NCBI GenBank assembly: GCA_040285825.1
Contig: JAUPSS010000007.1
Location: 2,206,689-2,270,688 of the forward strand
Origin: Eukaryota sp. TZLM1-RC
Lineage: Eukaryota > Protista > Metamonada: BaSk clade
Direction of reading: 5' to 3'
Length of the DNA stretch: 64,000 nt
Part shown: positions 36,901-48,281 of the stretch, in pieces
Position numbering within the stretch: position 1 is the first letter of the stretch
How the letters are laid out: every line of letters starts with the position of its first letter
The notes under the pieces: model-generated
The model's database searches: none
Told to the model about the DNA's origin: nothing
The model's input: the letters and a program-made list of their open reading frames with translations, nothing else
Program-made: the position numbers and the translations under genes

Positions 36901-37811
36901 ACGCTCTATGTGAGTTTTTGGGCATAGAGGTCTCAAAGTCCGTCCCTCACTTCTCTCAGTCCAACGATTTAGTCGAACGCCGTCACCGTGACTTTTTGCA
37001 GAATTTGAGGAAGCTGCTCGTGGATTTTAACGCCTACGATGCATGGTCAGAGTACATACCCTATGTACAATTGTTAATCAACTCATCCAAGAGTTCGATT
37101 ACAGGTTACTCTCCATACGAGCTCATGTTTGGTTCAGATTTTAGCCCAAGAGCTGACCCCGGCAAAATCATAGAGACCCTCGAAAGCTCAACGTCTGAGT
37201 CAACCTACATCAACGACATTCAATCCAAATTTGCCAGATTGAAGAAGAAACAGGAGGAAGCAGAGCTTCGTCAAGCTTCCAAGGCTCCTCCTCGTGATTC
37301 CCAAATCTAAGCCAACCCTTTCTCTCCTGGCCAATTGGTCAAACGAGCTTCGTCTTCCACTGCTAAGTTACATGGTAACTACAAAGGATCATTGTTAGTT
37401 ATTGACACACCTTCTTCCTCCACAGCTGATATCAAGAATCTGTGTACTGGTATGGTTGTTAAAGCCAGTGTGAAGCACCTCCAACCTTGGCATTCCAGTT
37501 TACCAGCTGATGATGAATTTCACTCCTGGGTTGCTGCTGGGGATGCTGAAGAGCACGTGATCCAGAAAGTCCTCAGTCAGGATGGTGATTACTGTCAAGT
37601 CCAATGGCCTGGCAATCATATTACCACTGAGCTGGTTTCGACTGTTCAAAACACCTCTGCCTATAAAGAATTCTCCAAGTCTATTTCTAGTACTCGCACT
37701 CGTCCTTCACGTCGTAAACGTCGTTCTGATATTATTAACAATAATGTTAATCCAACTCCTATCAGGCCTCGACGCTCGAAAAGAAGAAAGGGCAGTGTTA
37801 GCCTTGGATAA
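33937..37811 (+). pseudogene. pol: Pol: protease (DFG variant), RT (YIDD), RNase H, frameshifted integrase, chromodomain-like tail
   Basis: IIDFGAS, LDLPKAFWQ, FGLKNVP, YIDD, CDASD..ELYA..TDH, H..GH..., DSFTR, SDNG, ERRHR; EEHVIQKVLSQDGDYCQVQWPG. Confidence 0.92.
37779..37795 (+). promoter_or_regulatory. Polypurine tract of family C
   Basis: AAAAGAAGAAAGGGCAG directly before TGTTAG. Confidence 0.85.
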
Positions 37812-37950
37812 TATTTATAATAGTTTATTTATAGTTTATTAATAGTATTTGTATTATTGCACCCATGCGCTTAAGTTAAGGGAAATCCTTATTTCCTTGT
37901 AATAAATTACTCTACATCTAGGTATAATGTCTAACCCCCACAGATCATCA
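37796..37950 (+). repeat. 3' LTR of family C (155 bp)
   Basis: TGTTAG...ATCATCA. Confidence 0.92.
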
Positions 37951-38045
37951 GTATAGACTTCACTAGTGATGGCCTTTATAAGGACCAGTGAATTTATTAA
38001 ATTATCTTATCTCTATTATTGTTTGCCATGTCTACAACAGCATCA
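37951..38045 (+). repeat. 3' half of a related LTR (fourth family)
   Basis: AGACTTCACTAGTGATGG matches family A LTR (AGACCTCACTAGTGATGG); ends ATGTCTACAACAGCATCA like the other LTR ends. Confidence 0.6.
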
Positions 38046-38628
38046 TCTTTCGTTTTGAATTGTGTTTCATGTCTTTGAATGAACACAACAATTGAGGACA
38101 TTTTTTTGATGGTGCACCTTTGTGTTATGCATGAGCATTTGTTATTGGTGTGCAAACATTATGCCATCCACCCTTTTCATATTCCTAATGATGTTCGCAG
38201 CTTTTGTGAGACAATTGCCGTCTGAAGTTGAACCCTTTGCATCTTCCTCTCAACTTTTTCTCACTACTGTGTTTGTAAAATTGTTCGATCCTATAAAGTA
38301 CGAAATTTTCGAAATTTTCTCATTTTGTTCTAAAATTATTCGGTCAAACAATTATGAAAGAAACAATAATATAAGGGAAAAGTATAGATCTACCCACATT
38401 TGTGAAAAGTGGACCATATCATTTTTTGTGATTTGCACTCATTCTCACAACGAAACGATGTCAAACCTTCTGGATGGGAACATGTTCACAAAGACATTGA
38501 TGAATGCATCCAAGCCCTTGAATAGTTGTTTAATAATTGGTTTCCAATAGTTTTACTGAGTCAATTTTCAATAAATTTTGTTACTGAAAAATGTTCGAAC
38601 TTTCCTCATTTTGTTCAAACATTTTTAC

Positions 38629-39096
38629 CAGTGTTCTGTGGTCCAGTACTTTTTGACGTCGCACCCGTTTTGGTGCGATCGAGTGCGAACCGCACCACTG
38701 CACAAACTTGAACACCATATTTCGGATAAATTATGTCCATTATTAGATCTTACGTTTGTAACGCAATAAAATCTTTCTCTTGCCTTAAACATGGATGAAA
38801 ACTGTTCATCCACCAACATTGACAACTACTTCGAAGTCATTAGAAATCCTGTCACAAATAGCAAAGGATCCAATTTATTGCATCCTATGATCCACAGGAA
38901 GACAACGATTCATTGGATGATGAAGAATATGTTGTAAGTTGTAGTGATAGCGAAACAGAAGAAATTATGGAAGAAACATTAGATGAGTGGTTTATTGAAC
39001 CAGTGTTTGAGATCAATTTGATTGACTAGTTTTATTTCAGTGACAAAAGGTTTGATGCATTTACTTCTGTCGCACCAGTCGCACCACAGAACACTG
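38629..39096. mobile_element. Non-autonomous hAT-type element (MITE), 468 bp
   Basis: 14-bp TIRs CAGTGTTCTGTGGT, perfect 8-bp TSD ATTTTTAC (38621..38628 and 39097..39104), subterminal GTCGCACC-type repeats. Confidence 0.92.
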
Positions 39097-39511
39097 ATTT
39101 TTACTAACGTTTTTGCTTTAGTATTCAAAATTGTGCCATTGTTTTGCTGTCAATAATTCAGGATTTAGAGATCGATAAGGTTATGGTTATATAGTTTGGG
39201 CAAAGTACAAACTGTTACCAGAAGGATCGGGTAGAACATTTTGGCGAAATCTGGTAAGAAAGGATCAGTCACTTAAACTATTTTTGTCCTGAAACTGATT
39301 CTGTCTAAGATTATTCTGTAATTGCTATTCCAACTGTCCACCCCTACTCTACTCATTGAAACAAAAATATTGAATAAATGAGCAATTTTTTCACGAACTG
39401 ACTGTGCGGTATATTAATTATTTCAAGGGATTATTTAGGGGTGTTCCATTTAGGAGTATTCAAAAAAACCAATGGGCAGCTTATTTACAAGCAACAAATG
39501 AGATGAAGCTA

Positions 39512-40148
39512 TTACTTACCAATGCAACCTTTCACCGTGTTCACATTACGTGTACAACGGCGGCCAACTTGAGAACACCAACGGCTATTGGTCATACCAT
39601 TTGCAGCGGCAGCAAAGTCACGACGTTCAAAAGCGGCGATAGTGTTTCTGAAAGACTTGAATCCGGCGCAGCCGAGATTGAAGCTGAGGTGAAAGTTTAC
39701 AGGTCACACATACACCATATCGACAATGACTACACGGACAGGTTGAGGAAGACTAGCATAATTACTGACAGCACTTCTGGCACACGGATAAAAGTTAAGT
39801 TCCAAGTCCTTTTGCATAAGATATTCCATTTCCTTATCAGTCTTGAAGCACTGAGCACCTAATCGAAGGGAACGATAGTCATATGGAGTGTAAGAGGAGA
39901 TCATTTTGGGTGCATCTGATCTATCAAGGTTGAAGCCAATTCCTAAAGTCAGTGGCGAAATAAAGACAACAAACCAATAGTGGGATGACCAGCAGTACAC
40001 TTATCTAGTATAAGATAATGAAGAGGAAGCACATACAGACACACTTGCGGACTCCTTCGTGTTCTTTAAGCCAAGCAAACAAGTTAATGTTACTGCAGGA
40101 TGCAGAAACCAATGCAATACAACAGAGAGTAGTTAGGAAGAGACGCAT
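39512..40148 (-). CDS. Secreted phage-type (T4-like/GH24) lysozyme, 4 exons
   Basis: Removing introns 40005..40036, 39943..39974 and 39684..39713 gives signal peptide + LKEHEGVRKCVYKCTAGHPTIGIGFNL...VDMVFNLG...AANGMTNSRWCSQVGRR. Confidence 0.9.
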
Positions 40149-40227
40149 AGATTGATTAGAGTGGGAATGAGATTAATCAGAATTGTTAAACTATCAATTG
40201 ATTGGTTGTTTTTAACATACTAAATAT

Positions 40228-41163
40228 TTATTGAATTTGCACACTTAATTAAATTAATTCATAACTAATGGAACCAATATCACTGAACCAAGATTTCCTC
40301 TACAAAAACCTTAATCTGCTTTCTGTCTACCTAAAGCTTCTCTTATTTGATTGAAAAACCGAGGTAATCTATTAATAATTACAAATTGGATCCGAGTGCG
40401 CCATAAAAAATATCAAATCTTTTCATTGTTTTTTCTTGAATCATTTTTTGAAAGTCATTCAAAAAAGTTTCTGCTTTTACTAATAATCTTCCGTTTATCG
40501 AAAATGGGAAAGTAAGAAAAACTAGTTGTGTATTTCTACCAGCATTAGCTTCTTCGTTATCTTTGTCATAGTGTCTATTTTTTTCTTTTGCTTTAAATTC
40601 AAGAGCACTTACAGGATTAAGTTTTCTTCTGTGAACCAAAGTGTCATTTGCAACATTACATGAGACAAAGTCAACAATAGCATCCGAGTTATCAATCCAA
40701 TCACAGTATACATCACCTCTATCATCAGAACCAAAATTATTTAGAGACAGTGTTTCCTTCAGCAGAGGCTCTTTGATACACAATATTCTTGCAGTTTAGG
40801 CCATATTGAAAACAATGTCTCTAACATCATCATGTAATGAAGAACGATAAGTTATCAATTTTGAACAAATCAGAGTATGTCGCAAAGTGAGCTGAGGTGA
40901 ATTCAAACAAATACATTTTTGATTTGATAATAATTGATTAATGGGGATATTCAAATATAATCTCATTTTTGTTACAAATGCTTCATTAGTAGCACACAGT
41001 CCAAAACTTTGTGGTACAATGGTTACAAAAAGTGAAGAATCTGATGACTTGTTTTCACAAACACCCTTTTCCAATAACAATGAGTGAAGATCTTGATTTA
41101 AAACAGCCGAGCTGCATATTTTATTATAAAGATCATTTTCACACATTCCAGTCAATCGTTTCT
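40228..41163 (-). mobile_element. CRE-A 3' fragment (zinc finger plus REL)
   Basis: High nucleotide similarity to ~780..1710. Confidence 0.88.
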
Positions 41164-41845
41164 TGATTGATTGGTTTGAATTGAATTCGAAATCGAGCTC
41201 AACTTACTGATGACATCTCATCGTCTATTCTCTTCATTTTCGAACAAAATTTTTTGATAGAAAGGGCAAAAACTACTTTGTTGCCATTTCGGTATGGAAT
41301 AAATACCACTGATGGAGTTGCGTCAGCAGTCTTTTCTACAGAAGTACTATTTCACCAAATCAATCAAATGTTTGTTGGATTTCCATTCAATTCATAGGTG
41401 TAGTCTTGGTAACTCCTTGTTGAAATACTTGCCTGAATTGTTTCCCCATTTTCAAACGACTTAAATAATGAAAATTAAACGACTGCTCCGATTCCAATTT
41501 GTATTTTGCAGATTCCATTTTGAAATCATCAAGTAACGTTAAGCAAGGTGACCCCTTGGGACCTCTTTTGTTCTGACTGGCAACACAAGTAAATTGTCAT
41601 CCAATTTTATCACAAATTCAAGCAATGTTTCCAACATCAAAAATGATTGCTTACATGGATGATGTGGTCCTAATAGGCGACTTAACGATGGTGAAAAAGC
41701 AACTGTATGTTTCAATGAATTATTCAACAAAATGGGTCTTTGACTGAACTTACTAAAAAGTGTTTTACTTTCAAACTCTCCAATTACAAAAAATTCTCCA
41801 ATTTATACAATAGTTGATAGAATTGAAATTCAAGCCAGATTTACT
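41164..41845 (+). mobile_element. CRE-A RT fragment, inverted and abutting the 3' fragment
   Basis: Matches the reverse complement of ~2130..2645 (ACCACTGATGGAGTT.., AAGCAAGGTGACCCCTTGGGACC, GCTTACATGGATGATG). Confidence 0.8.
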
Positions 41846-42082
41846 GGCTCATTCTTTACGGTACATGGATCAGAAGTTATAGAAGAGGGGATTTATGGAT
41901 CAATCAATGTGGTTGAGGATCGAATTCGTGCAAACCTTCCAGTATTTGTAGGGGTCACTGTTTGTGCCAGAAGGGATAGTTGTTGTTAGATAGTTGTTAT
42001 TTCAGTCTACTTCAACCAGTAGGCAACTACTTCGGTAGTATTGATCATTGATCAAATTCGTACAAAACAAAGTTTATTTTTC

Positions 42083-42784
42083 ATGACTTGTTCCCATGAT
42101 GGTGATCACCTCACATTCCGTGGCAAATCTATGTGCAAAATATGCACTTTCTCGTTTTTGACGACCTATTGTTGGAAATCTTTTACAGACATTCTCCACA
42201 GTAAGCTTCCGGTTGTTCTTGCTTGGTCAGGAGGTACACACAGCACATTTTTACTGAATCTTGTCCTACACTTTCGCTCTAGAATGAGCAAACCTTTCCC
42301 CTTGACCATCATACATCTTTCCATAGACTCTGCTCCCAGTGATCTGTCTCACTTATTTGCCAAAGACATCAACCTCATAGCTCTGTCTGATTCACACGAC
42401 CTTAATCTGCACGTACTCTCTCTCATTCAGTCACATTTTTCTTCATCTCATCTTCTATTCGGCTTTACTCCTTTAACATCCACCGCTTTTATTACTCAGT
42501 CATTAGTCCGCGGAAGTCCTCAAACTGCAGTCAATTTCTGTGCACAGCGAAGAGAAGTCGGAACCGCAACAGTTCATAATCCATTGACTTTGTTTGACCA
42601 AAAAGAAATTGAATTTTTAATCGAAAATACTGATTTATTTGGAAATAATGTCATCACACCTTTGGTAAAGTCATCTAATGAATCTTTTCTGATACCAATT
42701 CTTGAGGAAATCAACTCTCGAGGCGGCCAGTACCTTCGTAATCCTTCAAGGGTGTTGTGTAAGATTGATGTTACAGATGGTTGA
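42083..42784 (+). CDS. CTU2: Cytoplasmic tRNA 2-thiolation protein 2-like (PP-loop fold)
   Basis: CKIC..F, VVLAWSGGTHS, LLFGFT, NPL..FDQKEI motifs. Confidence 0.6.
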   Translation: MTCSHDGDHLTFRGKSMCKICTFSFLTTYCWKSFTDILHSKLPVVLAWSGGTHSTFLLNLVLHFRSRMSKPFPLTIIHLSIDSAPSDLSHLFAKDINLIALSDSHDLNLHVLSLIQSHFSSSHLLFGFTPLTSTAFITQSLVRGSPQTAVNFCAQRREVGTATVHNPLTLFDQKEIEFLIENTDLFGNNVITPLVKSSNESFLIPILEEINSRGGQYLRNPSRVLCKIDVTDG

Positions 42785-43256
42785 TTTGGATGAGTGACTT
42801 GTGAATTTATTCTATTAGTAGTATTAACTTTGATGTCGAATAATTTGTAACTTTTAGTAATTTGTATTTTGCATTTTAAATGCACAGGAAGATTAATTTT
42901 CATAAAAATAACTGTTTTTGTTATGTTTTGCTGAATGTCTGATTATTTCAATTGTTGAACAAAAAAAGCAAAGTGTAACTCAATTGTTGTCATAACGATC
43001 CATAAGAACAACAGATATCTAAAACATCAATTCAAAGAATAGAAAACAATTCTCCACCAACAATAATCATCATTTACACAACTATTTGATGTTGCATTTA
43101 TGATTGTCAGTATACCAGCACAAAATCCAAAGGAAACATTTTCGATAAAAAAACAAAAATCAAGATCTTCATGTTTATAAACAAAATGTACAAATTTCAA
43201 TATTTACAATGCAAAAAATCAAACTGCCTTCTTCCTCTACTTCCACATACTTCCCT

Positions 43257-45632
43257 CTACTTCCCTGCAGTCGCCAACCTATGGGCGGTTTCGTTGAGCT
43301 TAGCAAAGACAGATCGATATGCAGACTCAATTTGGTCCCTTATAAGAGCATAACTTTCTTCTGCAGTCTTCTCCACAGCAAACTTCTTAACTATAGTGTC
43401 CAAAATATGCTTTCTTCCAACGACTTCAAAAGACTGGAGTTGACTATTGATTGAGCATTTAATAAAAGAAAGAATACTAGACATGTTTTTCCGTAGAATT
43501 GAATAATAACTACAGCACTTATCCTGAAATTCTTGAAACCTGTCCCCCATTACATTGACCCAAGAAGAAACAATCCGGACGGCTGGTTGAAAGAACTTTG
43601 GATCCAAGTCACAAATGAAACCAAAATCGATATGGATGACCTTACCAGAGTGGTATTGGAAGAGGATATTATCCAAATGACGATCCCCTACGCCAATAAT
43701 AAAGGTCATAATAACATTGACCGCCAACGACTCAATAAAGTTGGCCATTAATTCATCACTATCCTTCAAAATTTCTTCCAAATTATCAATGGCAGACATG
43801 GAAGAGACATCGGGAATTGCTTCAATCAAACCCTCATTTAAACCGGTAGGGATGACGTCATACTTGACCAGTGGTGACGTGAGATATGCACCAGCATCTA
43901 GTAGTATTTCATCCATTAATTGCATCAATGAAAGAGAAAAATAATCGTTACGTAAATCATCTCCAATTTTATAAATTAACCCAGACTTTGATTTAGAAAT
44001 AAAAGAGACAAAAACAGGCTTCATTGCACTGGAAAATACCTTTACATCACCAACTCCAGTAATGGTGGTCTTCCGTAGAAAAGGAAGGGAAAGTGATGAC
44101 GTTGGTGATGACGATGATTGGGTCAAATTTCGAACTTTTTGAGCTAATTGAGAGACTTGTTCATGAAAAGAGCCAGGAGTGGAAGGCTCAGTAACATCCT
44201 TGACTTTGGATGAACTCTTCGCATTTTGAGCTACATTTCTGATCCACATAACTAAATCTTTTTGTTTAAACAAATGCTCTACTTGAGTTGACTTTAATTT
44301 CTTGATTAAACTTCTTCTCACCTTTCTGTAAAAGGTAACCAATTCATTGGAAATATTAGCCTCTACCAGCCTCTTTTCCTCGCTTCGAAGCAACCAAAAC
44401 AATTGGGTCATGATTTCAAAGCTTCGACTGCTGTAATCAATGAGGGTATCCACAATTGAATTGGAATCTTCTGAGGAAAAGTAAAAGGAAAGAGGCACTA
44501 GAAAGAAAATCAAACTAACAATTACTTTAGAGTTAAAGAATGGTGAGGATTTTGGAACATTTGGATCATTTAAAGCAATATAAAGTCTATCGGTTAGGTA
44601 ATTGAAAAACTCTGAAAATCTACTGAAATGAAAGGGTAGTTCGGAGGTGAACAATGACGACGTGTGGTGACGTGGCGTTTTGGAGTCAACAGTATTCCAA
44701 TGGAAAAAGTTTGACACAATACCAAGTGAATGAATAATAGCTTCGATACTGGGGGTTTTCCACACCTCAAAAGTGGACAGAATTCTCAAGAATTCATCAA
44801 ACTGCCACTGATCATTCCAATCAAAACTGGAGAACAGCAAAGGAAGGCCTAAATGAAAACTTCCAAGAATTTTTGAATATCTACATTTCCAAATCAAATC
44901 GTTCTTCTCCTCATCATGTTGGAACAACATCATCTTGTAGTCTTGGTCAGAAAGCAATGATAGCAGCTCATCTCTATGACCAGAGCCTTGATCCTCTGTC
45001 TGGTCAAGCTTAGCGTGCATGAACAGATCTGACAGGGCAGAGAGAGCTGACGAGGGAGTGGAGAGGGAGTGTGAGAAGGACGAACCCTGATGAGACTGGT
45101 GAAGGTAAGTTGATGAGTTGAATAAGGAAGCCTTAGGCACAGATACAATCATGATAAAGTATGAATCATATGCTGACTCAGAGGCAGATGTGTCTAATGG
45201 CAGCAGAAGGTGAGGATTATGTTGGTTGTGGTTGTTCAATGTGAGCACATGATGTCCATCACAAATGGAACCATTGTCCATGATTGTGAGGCTGAGACTA
45301 CCAAAAGAACAACAACTGTCACAATATGCTATAGATAGATTAAAGGTGATTTCAAGATTGTCATGTGATCTGAGAAGTGATTCAGGAAGAAAAACCTTGT
45401 CATGTAATGTAGTAGGAGGTTTACAATCAACACAGAAAGGACTGAAGGAAAACTTGAAAGGACATTCCGATGAGTCAAAAGAACCAGAAATAGTGATAAT
45501 AAAGGGAGCTAGAGTCTCTGAGAGGTTGAACTGACATGACTCCAGAGTAAGAAACATAAATCGGGCAAGAGTTGGGTAAGATGGTGAAAAGCGGTTTTTT
45601 ATACTGTGCAGAAACATATTTTGTTTTCTCAT
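43257..45632 (-). CDS. VPS34: Phosphatidylinositol 3-kinase, Vps34-like
   Basis: SAMKP, KIGDDLRND, GVGDRHLDN, HIDFGFI, DPKFFQP motifs; helical domain; exact start codon uncertain. Confidence 0.85.
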   Translation of the reverse strand: MRKQNMFLHSIKNRFSPSYPTLARFMFLTLESCQFNLSETLAPFIITISGSFDSSECPFKFSFSPFCVDCKPPTTLHDKVFLPESLLRSHDNLEITFNLSIAYCDSCCSFGSLSLTIMDNGSICDGHHVLTLNNHNQHNPHLLLPLDTSASESAYDSYFIMIVSVPKASLFNSSTYLHQSHQGSSFSHSLSTPSSALSALSDLFMHAKLDQTEDQGSGHRDELLSLLSDQDYKMMLFQHDEEKNDLIWKCRYSKILGSFHLGLPLLFSSFDWNDQWQFDEFLRILSTFEVWKTPSIEAIIHSLGIVSNFFHWNTVDSKTPRHHTSSLFTSELPFHFSRFSEFFNYLTDRLYIALNDPNVPKSSPFFNSKVIVSLIFFLVPLSFYFSSEDSNSIVDTLIDYSSRSFEIMTQLFWLLRSEEKRLVEANISNELVTFYRKVRRSLIKKLKSTQVEHLFKQKDLVMWIRNVAQNAKSSSKVKDVTEPSTPGSFHEQVSQLAQKVRNLTQSSSSPTSSLSLPFLRKTTITGVGDVKVFSSAMKPVFVSFISKSKSGLIYKIGDDLRNDYFSLSLMQLMDEILLDAGAYLTSPLVKYDVIPTGLNEGLIEAIPDVSSMSAIDNLEEILKDSDELMANFIESLAVNVIMTFIIGVGDRHLDNILFQYHSGKVIHIDFGFICDLDPKFFQPAVRIVSSWVNVMGDRFQEFQDKCCSYYSILRKNMSSILSFIKCSINSQLQSFEVVGRKHILDTIVKKFAVEKTAEESYALIRDQIESAYRSVFAKLNETAHRLATAGK

Positions 45633-46119
45633 CTTTTTTGAACAAGACTAGTTTCATCACCATGCATTTCCATACTGGTAATTAAAAAGTGAATGAAAAT
45701 AATACATACATTGCTCAAAAGCATATCTGGGGACGATAGACATGATACTGCTTTAAAACAACATTATTGTATTGGGTTGTTATTAACACCATACCAAATG
45801 AAACAATCTACGAACAACTTCTGCAAACAATCCAATACAGTACATGGAGCTGATGAATAAAGTGTCTTTATAGTCAAAGACAGCAATGGTTTTGATAGAA
45901 GTTCTACCACAAATACAGTTCTTTCATAGTAATATTTGTGATAGACCTTGGACATAATTTAGACCTATTACTAAATGATTAGTGACTGTTTTTGTCAAAC
46001 TGTAGGGATTAATGATCAAAAATCATTTGGTTTCTGCTGCACGTTTTGGAATTGTTGTATTTACAAAAACCTCCATTTTGTGAAATTCAGCTTAAGTAGT
46101 GCAGTGGAGGCGAAAAATT

Positions 46120-46475
46120 TATTCAAAAATGCAGTGAACCTTTTGTCCAAATTGTCTGCCCAACAACATGCAAAATACAATTGGTATCCATTTGTATTTC
46201 CTCTATTTGGTTCACTTGCTCCCACTGCTTTCCGCATTTTTGGCAGCTTTTGAAATGATTGTTAACAGAAAAACCAATAGAAATTTTAACAAATTGTTTC
46301 GGCAAAATGGAGTTGTTTTTTCTATTTATAAGAGGATATCGAAGATGTTTTCTGATGCTCTGCTTGCTTATGGATCACATTATGAAAGAGTTGCACCTAG
46401 TTGTTTTGTTTTGGGAGAGATGGATTATTTAGATGTTGATTTATAAGTTGTTTAAAATATAATAACAAAAAAAAG
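46120..46475 (+). mobile_element. CRE-B-like 3' terminal fragment
   Basis: Similar to ~20090..20250 (SKLSAQQH, SLAPTA, FEMIVNRKTNRNFN); A-rich tail. Confidence 0.75.
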
Positions 46476-46478
46476 ATA

Positions 46479-46778
46479 CTAGAAATTAACATCCCCTTCA
46501 TTAAGTTCACTGCTACTCTCCACTGTTATTTTAGAAATCATTTTGGAACATTTGACAGAGCGTTTGTAAACATGTGAAAAACAAACGATAAAGCACAATG
46601 TAAGATAGACCACAAGCACGGCAATCCAAACACGAGAAATGGCTGAGGAAAGTCGATCCAAGGAAGTGTTCATATCAAGAACCAAACATGTTCTTCCTCG
46701 AGAGAATGAGTGACAGACACAACTTTCAACCATACATGTTCCGAATAAACAACCAAAGGGACAGGGCAAGGTGGACAT
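46479..46778 (-). CDS. Small EGF-like domain membrane protein
   Basis: CPFGCLFGTCMVESCVCHSFSRGRTC followed by one hydrophobic helix. Confidence 0.55.
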   Translation of the reverse strand: MSTLPCPFGCLFGTCMVESCVCHSFSRGRTCLVLDMNTSLDRLSSAISRVWIAVLVVYLTLCFIVCFSHVYKRSVKCSKMISKITVESSSELNEGDVNF

Positions 46779-46793
46779 CGATTGGAGAAGGGG

Positions 46794-47162
46794 TTACTCT
46801 AGTCCAAAGTATGATAGGGTTCGCAGATCCTCAGAAACATTTAGGTTCTGGGTTGCCTTTTTTAGTTGAACAGAACCTACATTACCACCACCTCTAACAT
46901 AGCGAGTTTTGCAGTAAATAATAGTGACTGATACTAAATGCCGTGCAGAAAAGTACTTCACTAGTTGTGCTGTCTCGTGTATGGATACCCTTGGTAGAGA
47001 TTTAGCTTTGCCGCAGTGAAGTATCGCATGTGCTGACGATAGCTTGTTTAGATGAAACCATAGGTCGTTTTGATGTGCAGCCTTTCTAATCTTGTCATTG
47101 TCAGCAGCGTTCTCCCCTATAGATATAGTAAACCCTTCTGAAGAAGTAAAAGTACGAACCAT
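46794..47162 (-). CDS. NFACT RNA-binding (NFACT-R/DUF814) domain protein
   Basis: IGENAADND..DLWFH...SSAHAIL signature. Confidence 0.85.
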   Translation of the reverse strand: MVRTFTSSEGFTISIGENAADNDKIRKAAHQNDLWFHLNKLSSAHAILHCGKAKSLPRVSIHETAQLVKYFSARHLVSVTIIYCKTRYVRGGGNVGSVQLKKATQNLNVSEDLRTLSYFGLE

Positions 47163-47501
47163 AATGATAATTTATGTATACAAAATACCACTATCCTTTC
47201 TCCTTTTAGACGGCAAACAAACCCGTCAAAGGGTTTGTTGAAACAGTTGTTGAAATAAAATAAAAACAATGATTTGCGGAAAGACAGCAAAATACAGTTT
47301 TGAAAATTTGGGACAACAGGTTAAGAGTTGTAGATAAGATGAAGAAATAAAGAACTAACAATCAGAATTTGAAAAGAAAAAACAAGTTTATAGAATTTTA
47401 AAGTGCATGAAGGATAAGAAAGTCCACAAGTCTAAGTAGAACCTCTACTCTTAACAGTATGTAGGAGAAGTCAGTTACAGATGTAATTATGAGTGTATAA
47501 A

Positions 47502-48281
47502 TTACCAATTATGTCGGGAAGGAGACCTCGTCGTTGGAGACCGAGGCCATCCACCGTGTTCAGAACCTCCACCAATAGGGGCCGGGATATCACCTTCATC
47601 TTGTGGGTGTTGTGGGTGCATACCTTGTTGGTACATCATTTGTGTATAATGTTCCATCTGTTTGGGATCTGGAGCACCGCCCTGTGCCATGCTCATCATA
47701 TAAGGATTAAACATGGGCATCATGGGAGCAGAACCACGCTCTCTGTCGGGAGCAAATGATTGTGAAGGTGGCATGAATGGAGGATACATTGGAGGGAAAC
47801 TTGTCATTCCCATGAAAGGATAGGGAGGTCCATAATGGGAGGAACGCTTAGGGCTAGGAGAACGAGAGTCTCTGCTTTTATGACGATATCTATCACGGTC
47901 GTCTTCGTCAAAGGAGGACCTGCGGGGACGTGAGGAGCGAGAATAAGAAGACGAGCGGCGAGAGGAAGGATAATCACGCATCATTCGGGTGTCGCGTCGG
48001 CCTGTAGGGTGAGAAGCAGAATAAAAGAACATACGACGAGGACCACGAGCACGCTCAACAGTAATACGTTTGGAGTTGAACTCAGTGCCGTTGAGAGCTT
48101 CTACGGCTTTATCAACATCTTCATCATTTTCAAAGTCTACAAAAGCAAAACCACAAAGTCCAGTTTTGGTGGAGATAACATTGCCATGAGGGGAAAACAG
48201 TTCGCGTAGAGTAGCGTCATCAATGTCGTCGCTGACATTGCCTATATAGATTCTACCTTTGTGGTACTCAGAGGAAGACAT
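47502..48281 (-). CDS. SR-like RRM RNA-binding protein
   Basis: RNP2 IYIGNV, RNP1 GFAFVDF, RITVERARG, RS/RD-rich region and Pro/Met-rich tail. Confidence 0.85.
   Translation of the reverse strand: MSSSEYHKGRIYIGNVSDDIDDATLRELFSPHGNVISTKTGLCGFAFVDFENDEDVDKAVEALNGTEFNSKRITVERARGPRRMFFYSASHPTGRRDTRMMRDYPSSRRSSSYSRSSRPRRSSFDEDDRDRYRHKSRDSRSPSPKRSSHYGPPYPFMGMTSFPPMYPPFMPPSQSFAPDRERGSAPMMPMFNPYMMSMAQGGAPDPKQMEHYTQMMYQQGMHPQHPQDEGDIPAPIGGGSEHGGWPRSPTTRSPSRHNW

Larger units (their letters stand above)
30671..37950 (+). mobile_element. Near full-length Ty3/gypsy chromovirus-like LTR retrotransposon family C (decayed)
   Basis: 5' LTR, ORF1, gag with CX2CX4HX4C knuckle, then PR-RT-RNase H-IN-chromodomain order, PPT and 3' LTR. 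No matching TSD (TGGAA vs GTATA). Confidence 0.95.
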
